64,000 bases of DNA, from NCBI GenBank assembly GCA_002269645.1, contig NIVC01003360.1, positions 38,431 through 102,430 on the forward strand, given 5' to 3'. This stretch comes from Macrostomum lignano (taxonomy: Eukaryota). This document shows positions 49,101-60,800 of this stretch, piece by piece; position 1 is the first letter of the stretch; each line of letters opens with the position of its first letter. The notes under the pieces were generated by a model. The model was given only the letters and a program-made list of their open reading frames with translations. It was not told where the DNA came from and searched no databases. The translations under genes and the position numbers were made by a program.

Positions 49101-49272
49101 CCCCCAAAAAATAACAAAAATCGCCCTCCTGATGTCCAGGGGCAACGCGCAGAGCCAAAAATCTAGGCGCATCTCTAGTTTTACTTGCGCTATCGATTAT
49201 ATATATTTCCAACCCTTAAAAATAAAGTTAAAAATCCGGTGAACCCAACAGCCGGTGAATTCAGTAGTTAGT
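46196..49272 (-). repeat. Right terminal inverted repeat (about 3077 bp), including the mirrored 168-bp array
   Basis: Reverse complement of 37636-40713. Confidence 0.95.
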
Positions 49273-50333
49273 GTGTGCATGGGACAGTTTGTACGAATAT
49301 TTTTCATTTCATAAAACTTAAAAGCTCGTGTCGTTTCCATTTGTGTATTATAATCAAAACTTTATAAAGATGTAAGCATTAAAGAGATAATTAACTAAAC
49401 GTTTTTTGAGTTATAAAACAATTTCTAGATTTTAGAGTTAGACTTTGTTTAACTTTTTTACGAATGAATATTAAAATTCTCCATTTTATTACAAATACAA
49501 AGTAAGCCAACATATAAAGTTTCTTGCTTGGCAAGTAAGATGAATAGGAAGGCAAAAATCAACATTAAATAAATTTAATTGAACGACGCGTTTCGCAGGA
49601 TACTGTATATCTTCAGGTGAATAGCTGAAGGCAAAAAAGCACGAATACCGCGGTCAATATACTTCACCAGTGAGCTGGCCGTACGTCGCTTCACTGCTTG
49701 CTCTGAAACATTAGGCGATATAACAATCTGTGTTTTAGTATACTCGTATCTAGCTATACATAAAACATCAAAGCATTCTATCACATCCACAGTAGCGCAC
49801 AAAAGAAAGTAAAAAGGGTTTAGCCTAATATCGATACTTAGTGCTAAAATTCTGCACAAACGAGACGGGAGTTGAGATCGATTAAGGAATTTTTTACCCT
49901 GGTTCATTTTATCTTCGACATGTGAGAGCAATTTTAGCTCCAATACGGCAGGGTGAATTTAGGGGAAGCGGCCACCAAAATTCAGATTAATTTTGTGCCC
50001 TTTGACAAAATTAATAGGCGCCCCTATATCTGAGCGGCAGGGCGCCTCTGGCACTGAGGTAGGTTACCCATGTCTCTGAGGTAGACGCCGCTAAACCTAA
50101 ATATGTTGGCGTTCTAAGCCCTAAGAGGAAAAAGACAAATACATTTACATTACATTACATTATTTGTCGTTAAAACTCGACGTACCGCCCTTTTTTATTG
50201 GCAAAAGAGGCAACACGTACGCCAGATCCAAAAAACTCCTGCTGGATCCGCCACTATATAAAGGCGATTAATGATTGGTTTTTCCCCGATACATACTGTT
50301 CCAGAAGCTCAGGCGTACAATTTTACTCACTTG

Positions 50334-52881
50334 TCAGCTGTGCTCAGCCCTATAACTCCGAAATCCATGGGCCCGACTCGACACATGCCTGCAGGTCGGG
50401 CACAACCAGTGCCTTGCCGCTGTAGTCGTAAAGATCCCGAGGCACTTGAAGCAAAGAATTATTTCCGTGGCCTTTATGTCCGACCTCGCCCACATGGGCG
50501 TCCTCAGAAATATTGACATGGCCGGCTACTTGCTCGTCGTCTTGAGCATCGCGATCGTCATGGATGCCTTCTATGCCGTCATATCTATCCCCACCTAGGG
50601 CGTCGCTAAGACCATCGCATTGGACATCACAAATGCCGCCTCTTCTGCCGCTTCTGCTACTACGGCCACGTCGTCTGTAACCACGGTTTCTCCCACAACA
50701 GTCGCCCTCTCGTTTTTCGTCACGCGTACCAATTCTCGTGCAGCCTCTTTGTTCGTTTTCTGATACGTTCTGATGACCAGCTCTTCTCCATGTCTTCGGA
50801 AGTACTTGGCCACAGGAAAGTACTAATTCGGAGCGGTACTGTGGCTCGCTTTTTTGTTTACAACGAGAGCTTCAGAAGCTTCAGCTTCAGCGATCGGCCA
50901 TGCATCACATCTCTTCTGACAATTCTATGATACACTTCCACAGATCCTTCGCTGTTGCGGAATTCTTGCACTGTGCTCTGTCCAGTAAAGAATCGTTGGC
51001 AGTCAATCATGAAGCCACTAAAGAGCGGAAAGCACAAATTGACGACCTTCTGCGCCAATTTTTCGTTAAGGTACGCATTGATCATCGGCAGCTGCGATTC
51101 ACTTGCTTGGCGGCAAGCTGCATTGATTCGCTCGAAGATCTGCTGTGCCTGACTAAAAAAGCGGGACGATGAGCGAATCGTTGCCCGACTCATAATGTTT
51201 TCCGGAGCGTTCATTTTCACGCCTTGCATGGGCTCGTTGTCACCCACATCAGACGTCTCCATCAACAGTGTTTCGACACGCGGCATGGCTCTTCTTGCAT
51301 TGCGCTCGACTGGCTCGAGCAGAACATGCAGCATGTTTTGAAGATTGGCTAGGCCTTCCGCTGAAGTGGTGCTTGCAACAATCCGCGCAAACGCCTGAAG
51401 GTACAGTGATTTTACCTGAGGACTTGCGCTGCGCACTTCTTGCCAATTCCAAATCTCATTGATGATGTGACTTCTACCAAGAACAATAGCGGTGCGCTGA
51501 CGTGCCTGCTGCAAAGTTGCTTGCATAAACTTTGGAATTCCACTCTGTCCATTTTCTGATTGCAGCGCGATCAGAAAGCAGCAATCAAGATATTCGCGAA
51601 TTCCTAATCCATTGAAGACCTGTATGAGGGCATGTGGTGTCAGCCAGTTAAGATCCGTCGTAATCTTTGCTATTTTCACAGTGCCGTGGCCCATTTTTTG
51701 TTCCTTTATCTTCTGAATCCACTTTGCTAACATGCTTGTCAATTGCACGGTATCGTGATTACAAGTCAGAACGTCGAATAGAGAAACTTGGGTCATTCCA
51801 ATAGTTTGCTCGGCTGCCATCACTAAGGCGTAATGGTATACTGGCTTCTGTGGCATTCCACCTGGCCAGCTGCAAACTGACGCTCCTGTCGAGACGATAA
51901 CTAGGTTGATTGGCATTTTTAACTGTTTCATGAGAGACAGAGCCTCTGCAGCCATCTCCGGGTGATATGCTCCAATAGCCGTAAGCGAAATATCGCCCGC
52001 AAACTCAAAGTAATGCACGTACGCCTTTAGTTTCGGCGAATTGCTGACGCTCAACAGCAAGTTATGCAGGGATGTCTGGGCACAGTTTCTTTTTCTCTTT
52101 GTTGTACTGTCGAATTCCTTGAAGCATCCTTTGCGATGGAATGTTGCGCAGATCGTCATTTGTTGCAGCAACTGAAGCCTGCAGTACGGCAGCTCCCTCA
52201 GTATCAGTTCTTGTTTTTAAGCCTGCATCCCGAACATTTCTAGGTTTAGGGGGGTGCTGCAATGGCTTATGGGTCTGCTCCAGACGCACTTCGCAGCCCT
52301 TCACCTCTAGCTTCCATCGCCCAGCTGACACGAAGACGGTTTTGGGTCGCCAGCCAGTCGCGCCGAGCATTTCAATGAGTACTTAGCAGACTAAGGGCCA
52401 TCAAAAGAACTGCAAACAATTGAGAGGCTGCAGTGCTTCACCCAGCAGTTCTGCACTTCACGCAACAAAACGCCGTTAAATTGCTCTTTCGCTGTGCTCG
52501 CCGAGTTACTTCTTTCATGGTCTTATTAACTTCGTACCATTTCTCTTTGAGACACCCAAATGTCCCGACAAAACGTTGAACTTCAGCCTCAGAAGGCGAC
52601 GAAGGCGTGCTTTCGGGTTCTACGCTCTGGTCTTCCGAAGATGACAAAATAGACAATGCAGCAGTAAGCAGCTGCCTTCTGTTTTGCTGCAAATCACATC
52701 GGATCGTCTTTATCGAGGCCTCATCGTATTTGCCGGGATGCTGCACACTCAATTGCTCAACAATACTCTGATAGGCTTCCGAATTCTTGATGCCAGCTCC
52801 ATCTGTCAAATCTGCTGCATCGATGGACTCCTTCAGTTGTTGAATTACTTAAAGTACGTCTTTATCCCGCTGCGACGCCTG
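50334..52881 (-). pseudogene. Degenerate NOF-like/MULE DDE transposase
   Basis: ORF 50858-52171 has the expected motif order: VI(V)STGASV (D1 codon reads GTC, 51893-51895), VYHYALV, LTCNHD...ML.KW, ITTDLNW (D2), FNG...YL.CC, GRSH (CxxH with C>G), RNSEGSVEVYHR (E). Upstream fragments are broken by stops or frameshifts; acceptor ttccag near 52881; downstream CFKC...WLCPTC remnant. Family assignment is from recalled motifs. Confidence 0.72.
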
Positions 52882-53034
52882 GAATGAAAAACAAAAGGTA
52901 AGAGAGGTGCGATTAAGTAGGAAAAGGGGTAACAAATGCAATTACCGGTATTACTATCTATATTTTATTATATAAAACAATACATCTGCGTCCCTGAAAA
53001 GGTTACTTGATACGACATGAGCAACAACAACAAC

Positions 53035-53330
53035 TAAAATACGCAGTCCTTCAATAAGGAGTGCGAGGATCTGCGTCACTGTACCGCGCTGCGGCCGGAA
53101 TCCATTCTGCTTATAACGCAAGTAGGGGTCTAGCACTGAATGCAGACGTTCGAAAGTTTCGCAGTATAGGACATCAGTAACATGCCTCGATGAGCTTTTT
53201 TTCTGTATCGTCTCGGCTTTCTTCAAAATTGCTACGGTCCACTCGGTGGGTGCGGAGACGCCGGCAAGCACGCGATTCATGACGCCAGGGACTCAAGAAG
53301 CCACACAGCGAAGCCGCAGTGCCTTGAATT
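53035..53330 (-). pseudogene. Non-LTR retrotransposon reverse-transcriptase fragment (RTE-like)
   Basis: NRVLAG...PTEW..AI.KK...LDPYLRYKQNGFRPQRGTVTQILAL.IEG matches the N-terminal part of a LINE RT (P.EW...Q.GFR..RST.DQI). Confidence 0.75.
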
Positions 53331-53336
53331 ATAGTT

Positions 53337-53735
53337 GGGCATGGCTGGGCATATTGGGGCATGGCTGGGCATGCCTGGGCATAGTGGGGCATGGCTGGGC
53401 ATAGTTAGGCATGGCTGGGCATAGTTAGGCATGGCTGGGCATAGTTAGGCATGGCTGGGCATAGTTAGGCATGGCTGGGCATAGTTAGGCATGGCTGGGC
53501 ATAGTTAGGCATGGCTGGGCATAGTTAGGCATGGCTGGGCATAGTTAGGCATGGCTGGGCATAGTTAGGCATGGCTGGGCATAGTTAGGCATGGCTGGGC
53601 ATAGTTAGGCATGGCTGGGCATAGTTAGGCATGGCTGGGCATAGTTAGGCATGGCTGGGCATAGTTAGGCATGGCTGGGCATAGTTAGGCATGGCTGGGC
53701 ATAGTTAGGCATGGCTGGGCATAGTTAGGCATGGC
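53337..53735. repeat. 20-bp minisatellite (GCATGGCTGGGCATAGTTAG)n, about 17 exact copies plus decayed ones
   Basis: Read directly. Confidence 0.97.
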
Positions 53736-53736
53736 C

Positions 53737-54290
53737 ATTATCATCATTATTATTATTTATGATGCTAGCCAGTGCTAGCGAGGATATCAGGCTGTTGCTG
53801 GGGAAACATTCAGTGGTAGTCTAGGGGGTCAGGCCAATGCTCAGCAGGTCCTCTATCAGTGTGGCCTGCAGGGTGGTGGTGCGGGCTTGACCTTGGCACA
53901 GGGTTCTTTTGGGTCGTGCAGCATCAGGGTGGCAAATGGAAAAGCATCCCGCTGACCATGGCTATGGAGGCAGTAGCCTACAGGGCCAGTTGGATATGGC
54001 GGTGGGTGGTGCTCAGGGGCAACACTTCCGAGCAGGCCGCCAACTGCTCATTGCTCAGCAGCTCTACGCTGAATAGAATTAGGAGCTGCAGCCAAAGGTT
54101 GTGAGCCATGCTGAACAGGAATAATGCAACACTGGGGAGCTTTTTCAGGGCGGCCACCTGGTACAGCTAAGGCTCTGATAGTGAGCCTCCTGGTCTCTGG
54201 TGCCATCTAGCAGATCTAGGACCTCGGCAACCCATGATCAGAGGCTATGCACTTGGCTGATCTATGGAGTCGGCTGTTTTGGCATGTGTA
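53737..54290 (-). mobile_element. 3' end of a decayed RTE-like LINE with a (TAA)n-type tail
   Basis: Frameshifted minus-strand reading ...SNEQL...LPLSTT.RHIQLA..CLHSHGQ...LMLHDPKEP..GQARTTTLQATLIEDL resembles RTE C-termini (RRLQLAGHC...GRP..T..D.L..D); TAAATAATAATAATGATGATAAT tail at about 53737-53760. Confidence 0.6.
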
Positions 54291-54802
54291 CACACAAAAA
54301 CCTCTTTAAAAATGTAGACAATTTAAGAGCCAAGACTACCTCTCAAGAAAGGTTATATAGGTAAATCGGGAACTTGAAGGGGGCATTCAGATATAAAGAC
54401 TTAAATGGGTACTTCTGAGAATTGAAGACAAGACAATACTTTTCTTTTAAAGTCTTTATACAGCAGCTTGAAAAGACTTGCATATAGAATAGTAATATCT
54501 AAGACAATAGACTATTTATAAAATAAAAAAACTAGTCACTAGTGTAATAAGTGGCTAAATAAGAACAAAAGACATAAAGTTCAGCTTATTTTGACAATAA
54601 GACATTTTGACAATAATTAGGCCTACTATTATATTTACTATAAAAAACAAGTTGCACTTAATTGTTATTAACTAGTTAAATATGACTAGTTACAAGAATC
54701 CCTATACTAAAATAGTTTTTAGGTAAATATGTGATCAATTTCAGAAAAAATGGAACATAGTATAAAATATTTTGAAAATATTGCATAATAGATATATTGC
54801 AA

Positions 54803-57800
54803 TCTTCTATCTATCTATCTATCTATCTCTATCTATCTATCTATCTCTATCTATATATACTAAAGTTGACGCGTTGTTTGTCTGTCTGTCTGTGTGTCTG
54901 TCTGTCATTTCGACAACTCCTCCTTGAATAGTGGCAACTCAGCGTTGAAACTTTCTCTTAATACTAAAGTTGGTGCGTTGTTTGTCTGTGTGTGTGTGTG
55001 TTTGTTGGATAACTCCTCCTAGAATACTTGCAAGTCAGCGTTGAAACTTATATGGGAAAACTGCAAATTTTCCGAGGATGGCTTTAGGCTATTTTAATCT
55101 TTCATTTTCAATTTTTAAGATCCCTAAAAAAGCAGAAAATGGCGGTCTTGACCTTTGATAATCTTAATTGTCCCCTCTTTCTGCTTGGAGCTGAAAATTT
55201 GTATCAATTTTAGTGATTGCGCCATAAAATTTTTCTATCTTGGCAGTGTATTTTCTCTCAAGTGGGGGATGGTCGCGTTCTCAGTGGCTGCGTGTGTACA
55301 CTTGAACCCTGGCTCACTGACTGACTTTATAGACAATTGCGCAACTATTTGTGTTCTGTTTTTTAACAGGAAGCCCTGTGTATTTTTTGCACAGTGAAAT
55401 TCAGTGCATTTTAATGCATAAACTTGCGAGCATCTTTAGCAGGCAGTGAACGTACACTCGATATTTCAATGCTTAAAATCAGAAAGTTTCAAACACTAAC
55501 TGTTGCTCGAGTTTTGAACTTAGAGAGGAGAGACTTATATTGCTGGAAAGATCTTGCTGCAATGAGTTCGGGGATATAAGTTTTTTGCTTTAAATATGAA
55601 AATTAAATTCACAGCATTCAAGAAAAGATTTTCATACTTTTAGCTTTCTGCAAAGATTGTGCTCATTTTGGAGTTCAATGGGGGTTCGACCGACCCCCCA
55701 ATAGTTGGTGGGGGGGGTTCAATTTCTAGCTGCACTGCGTATTGGAAGGGGGGTCGGTTGCTGTGTATTTGAGGGTTGATTTAGATTGCGCAATCTTTTT
55801 GTTAACTTTAACTGAGGCTGATACTGACTGCCTGAGAAATAAGTTGCGCAATTTAATTGGTTCAATGTTTTTACGGCGCCTTTCAACACGCAGCTGTGTG
55901 TAGCTCTAACCCTAACCCTAACCAATGAATTCTGAGAGCTGGGCTGTTTGACGTAGAAATTTCGATTTAGTCCAGTTTCACGGAGAGGATTTCTATTTCG
56001 CGGAGAATATTTCGATGGTGTTCAGTTTCACGGAGAGGATTTCGATAGTGTTCAGTTTCACGGAGACGATTTCTGTTGCGCGGAGAGGTGTTGGAAAATG
56101 GGATTCCGCTGATGGAGTTCAGGGAATGGAATTCCGCTGATTGGAGTTCTTCCCCTTTCTTCTCCGAAGGAGGAGTTGGCCTCGTTTCTTAATACTAAAG
56201 TTGACGCGTTGTTTGTCTGTCTGTCTGTCTGTCATTTCGACAACTCCTCCTTGAATAGTGGCAACTCAGCGTTGAAACTTATATGGGAAGATTGGAAATT
56301 ATCCGAGGTCGGCTATAGGCTATTTTAATTCTGAAATTTTAATTTCTAAGATCCTCAAAAAAGCAGAAAACGGCGGTCTTGACCTTTGATAATCTTAATT
56401 GTCCCCTCTTTCTGCTTGGAGCTGAAAATTTGCATGAATTTCAAGTGATTGCGCCACAACTTTTCCCTATCTCTGCAGTGTATTTTCTCTCCAGTGGGGG
56501 GATGGGGCGTTCTAAATGGCTGCCTGTGTACAATCGGACCCTGGCTCACTGGCTGACTGTATAGACAATTGCGCAAAGATTTGTGTTCTAATTTTCAATA
56601 GGCAGCCCTGTGATTTTGTTGAACCTTGAAATTCAATGCATAAAATTGCGGGCCTCTTTAGCAGGCAGTGAACGTACAATTGATATTTCAATGCTTTAAA
56701 TCAGAAAGTTTCAAACGCAAACTGTTGCTCGAGTTTTTAACTTTGAGAGAAAAAATTAATATTGCTGGAAAGAACTTGCAAAGCTGATTTCAGGGATATA
56801 AATTGTTTGCTTTAAATATGAAAAGAAAAAGCACAGCATTGAAAAAACTATTTCCATACTTTTAACTTTCTGCAAAAATTGTACTCAGTTTTGCGAGACG
56901 TAATAGATAAAGTTGGGGGGAGAGTTCAACTTCTCACTGCTGCTGTGTATTGGAGGGTTGATTTAGATTGCGCAATGTTTTTGTTAACTTTAACTTAGAC
57001 TGATACTGACTGACTGTGAAATCGGTTGCGCAATGAATTGATTCAATTAGTTCAATATTTTTATCAGCGCCTTTTAACACGAAACTGTGCGTAGTTTTAA
57101 CCCTAACCCTAACCCTAACCCTAACCAATGAATCCGGAGTTGAGTTGTTTGACGGAAAAAAATTGATTGAGTCCAGTTTAGCGGAGACGATTTCAATGTT
57201 TTAATTTGACAGAGAGGATTTCTGTTTCGTGGAGAGGATTTCGATGATGTTCAGTTTCACGAAGAGAGGATTTCGATGATGTTCAGTTTCACGAAGAGAG
57301 GATTTCGATGATGTTCAGCTTCACGGAGAGGATTTCTGTTTCGCGGAGATAATTTATAATTGATTTCTGTTTTATGAAGACCATTTTGATGGATTTAAGT
57401 TTTAATGAGAGGATTTCGAAGGAGTCCAGTTTCACGGAGAGGATTTCGATGGTTTTCAGTTGCACAGACAAGATTTCTGCTTCGCAGAGAGGATCTTGAT
57501 GGATTTGGCATCTTCAATCAGTCAGAGAAGAGAGTAAAGAGAAGAATGAAAAGAGAAGAGAGAGAGAGGGTTTAGAGAGACGATAGATAAGTGAGTAGAG
57601 ATAAGATATGAGAGGAGAGAAGAGGGAGAGATAAAAGAGAAGAGAGGAGACACGAGACAGGAGAGGGTACAGACGAAAGACGAGGGAGAAGAGATAAATA
57701 AGGGAGTAGGGGTAGAGATGAGAGAGAGGAGAGAGAAGAGAGTCACGATAATAGCAGAGAGGAGAGAGGAGATATGAGAGACGTGAGAGTCTTTGAGCTA

Positions 57801-60800
57801 TGGTCTTTGAAAGGTTTTGTAAAGAATTTGGAGACGATTTGGAAGATAGGGTTGAAGACATGCAATTTCAGTTGATTGATATTTCAGGGAATGGAATTCC
57901 GGTGATGGGAGTTCTTCCCCTTTCTCCTCCGAAGGAGGAGTTCCACTCGTAAATATACTAAAGTTGACGCGTTGTTTGTCTGTCTGTCTGTCTGTCTGTG
58001 TGTCTGTCATTTCGACAACTCCTCCTTGAATAGTGGCAACTCAGCGTTGAAACTTATATGGGAAGATTGGAAATTATCCGAGGTCGGCTATAGGCTATTT
58101 TAATTCTGAAATTTTAATTTCTAAGATCCTCAAAAAAGCAGAAAACGGCGGTCTTGACCTTTGATAATCTTAATTGTCCCCTCTTTCTGCTTGGAGCTGA
58201 AAATTTGCATGAATTTCAAGTGATTGCGCCACAACTTTTCCCTATCTCTGCAGTGTATTTTCTCTCCAGTGGGGGATGGGGCGTTCTAAATGGCTGCCTG
58301 TGTACAATCGGACCCTGGCTCACCGGCTGACTTTATAGACAATTGCGCAAAGATTTGTGTTCTAATTTTCAATAGGCAGCCCTGTGTTTTGTTGAACCTT
58401 GAAATTCAATGCATAAACTTGCGGGCCTCTTTAGCAGGCAGTGAACGTACAATTGATATTTCAATGCTTTAAATCAGAAAGTTTCAAACGCAAACTGTTG
58501 CTCGAGTTTTTAACTTTGAGAGAAAAAATTAATATTGCTGGAAAGAACTTGCAAAGCTGATTTCAGGGATATAAATTGTTTGCTTTAAATATGAAAAGAA
58601 AAAGCACAGCATTGAAAAAACTATTTCCATACTTTTAACTTTCTGCAAAAATTGTACTCAGTTTTGCGAGACGTAATAGATAAAGTTTGGGGGAGGGTTC
58701 AACTTCTTACTGCTGCTGTGTATTGGAGGGTTGATTTAGATTGCGCAATGTTTTTCTTAACTTTAACTGAGACTGATACTGACTGACTGTGAAATCGGTT
58801 GCGCCATCAATTTGTTTTATTATCTGTGCCTTTCAATAGGCTGCCCTGTGTAATAGCCAGCCTGTGTAATGAATGAATAAATTTGCGAGCCTCTTTGGCA
58901 GGCAGTGAACGTACACGCGATATTTCAATGCCTTAAAACGGGAACTTTCAAACGCTAACTGCTCTTCGAGTTCTAAACTTTAAGAGAAGATACTTATACT
59001 GCTGAAAAGATCTTGCAACGCTGAGTTCGAGGATATAAATTGTTTGCTATAAATATAAAGACTAAAAGAGCAGCATCAAAAAAACTATTTCCATACTTTT
59101 AGCTTTATGCAAAGATTGTACTCATTTTTTGGTTCAATGCCCCCAACAGTTCGGCGTTCAATTTCTAACTGCTACTGCGTGTTGAAAAGGGGTCGGTCTC
59201 TGTGTACTGGAGGGTTGATTTAGATTGCGCAATCTTTTTGTTAACTTTAACTGAGACTGATACTGACTGACTGTGAAATCGGTTGCGCAATCAATTGATT
59301 CAATTGGTTCAATTTTTATTTGAACACGCAGCTGTGTGTAGCTTTAACCCTAACCCTAACCCTAACAATAACCCTAACCAATGAATCCTGATATTTATTT
59401 TTTTTGACGGAGAAAATTTCGATTGAGTCCAGTTTAAAAGAGAGAATTTCGATGGTTTTCAGTTTCACGGAAAGGATTTCGAAGGAGTCCAGTTTCACGG
59501 AGAGGATTTCGATGGTTTTCAGTTGCACGGACAGGATTTCTGCTTCGCGGAGAGGATCTTGATGGATTTGGCATCTTCAATCAGTCAGAGAAAAGAGTAA
59601 AGAGAAGAATGAAAGCAGAAGAGAGATGAGATGATAGAAAACAGAGTAGAAATAAGTGGAGATATTAGACATGACAGATTGGAGAGAAGAGGGGATTTAG
59701 GCGGGAACGAAGAGGGAGAGAGAAGAAAAGAGGAGAGACGAGAGAAAATAGATTAGTGATAAGAGCGTACAGAGAAAATAGAAGAGAGGGAGAGTAGAGG
59801 AGAAAGAAAGAGTGAGATGAGGGGATGAGGGATGAGAGAGGAGGGGAGACAGGAGAGACAAGAAAGGAGAAAAGAGGGGAGAAAGGAGAAAGGAGAGAGT
59901 AGAGACGAAGGACCAGTTAGAAGATATAAATACGGTAGTAGAGATGAGAGGAGAGATAGGAGAGAGAAGCGAGAGAAGAAGCGAGAGGAGAAGAGAAAGA
60001 GGAGAGAGGAGAGAGATGAAATAGATAAGAGAGTTAAGAGAGGAGAGTAGTGAGGAGAGGAGAGATGAGAGATGCGATGATAAGAGATGAGTGAGAACAT
60101 AAGAGAGAAGAGAGAAGAGATTAGAGAAGAGAGGGGAGAAGATAAAAGGAGCAAGGGGAGGAGAAAAGAGAGAATGGAGAGGATAGAAAAGAGAGAAGAG
60201 AAGAGACAGGGAAAAGTGGAAAGGAGGAAAGAAAGATTGGAGACAAGTAAGTGGAGTGTGAGAGCGTATATGAGATATGAGAAATGAGAGCAGAGAGGAA
60301 AGAAAAGAGAAGAGAGAGAGGGTTAAGAGAGACGATAGATAAGTGAATAGGGATGACATATAAAAGAGGAGAGAAGAGGGAGAGATAAGAGAGAAGAGAG
60401 AAGACAGGAGACAGAAGTGAAAAGGAGAGATATGAGAGAAGAGAGGAGACAAGAGACAGGAGAGGGTACAGACGAAAGACGAGGGAGAAAACATAAATAA
60501 GGGAGTACGGGTAGAGATGAGATGAGAGAGAGGAGAGAGAAGAGAGTCACGATAATAGCACAGAGTGGAGAGAGTAGATATGAGAGACGTGAGAGTCTTT
60601 GAGCTATGGTCTTTGAAAGGTTTTCTAAAGAATTTGGAGACGATTTGGAAGATAGGGTTCAAGACATGGAATTTCAGTTGATGGATATTTCAGGGAATGG
60701 AATTCCGGTGATGGGAGTTCTTCCCCTTTCTCCTCCGAAGGAGGAGTTCCACTCGTAAATATACTAAAGTTGACGCGTTGTTTGTCTGTCTGTGTGTCTG

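Larger units (their letters stand above)
37636..49272. mobile_element. Foldback / Mutator-superfamily (FB-NOF-like) DNA transposon, 11,637 bp, non-autonomous, with two cargo ORFs
   Basis: Ends ACTAACTACTGAATTCACCGG...CCGGTGAATTCAGTAGTTAGT; perfect 9-bp TSD GTGTGCATG (37627-37635 and 49273-49281); about 3.08-kb inverted repeats containing tandem repeats. A 9-bp TSD with long repeat-containing TIRs fits MULE/FB. Confidence 0.92.

Noticed and set aside
37636-49272. Inverted repeat as a sequencing or assembly fold-back artefact
   Set aside because: Flanks and interior are non-palindromic, the arms differ at a few sites, and a 9-bp TSD flanks the exact ends; raw-read confirmation is still desirable.
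49575-50100. 122-aa ORF and hAT-MITE-like ends
   Set aside because: The ORF shows no recognisable domain (I checked for a hAT dimerisation motif and it did not fit); the two MITE-like ends do not match each other and have no TSD.
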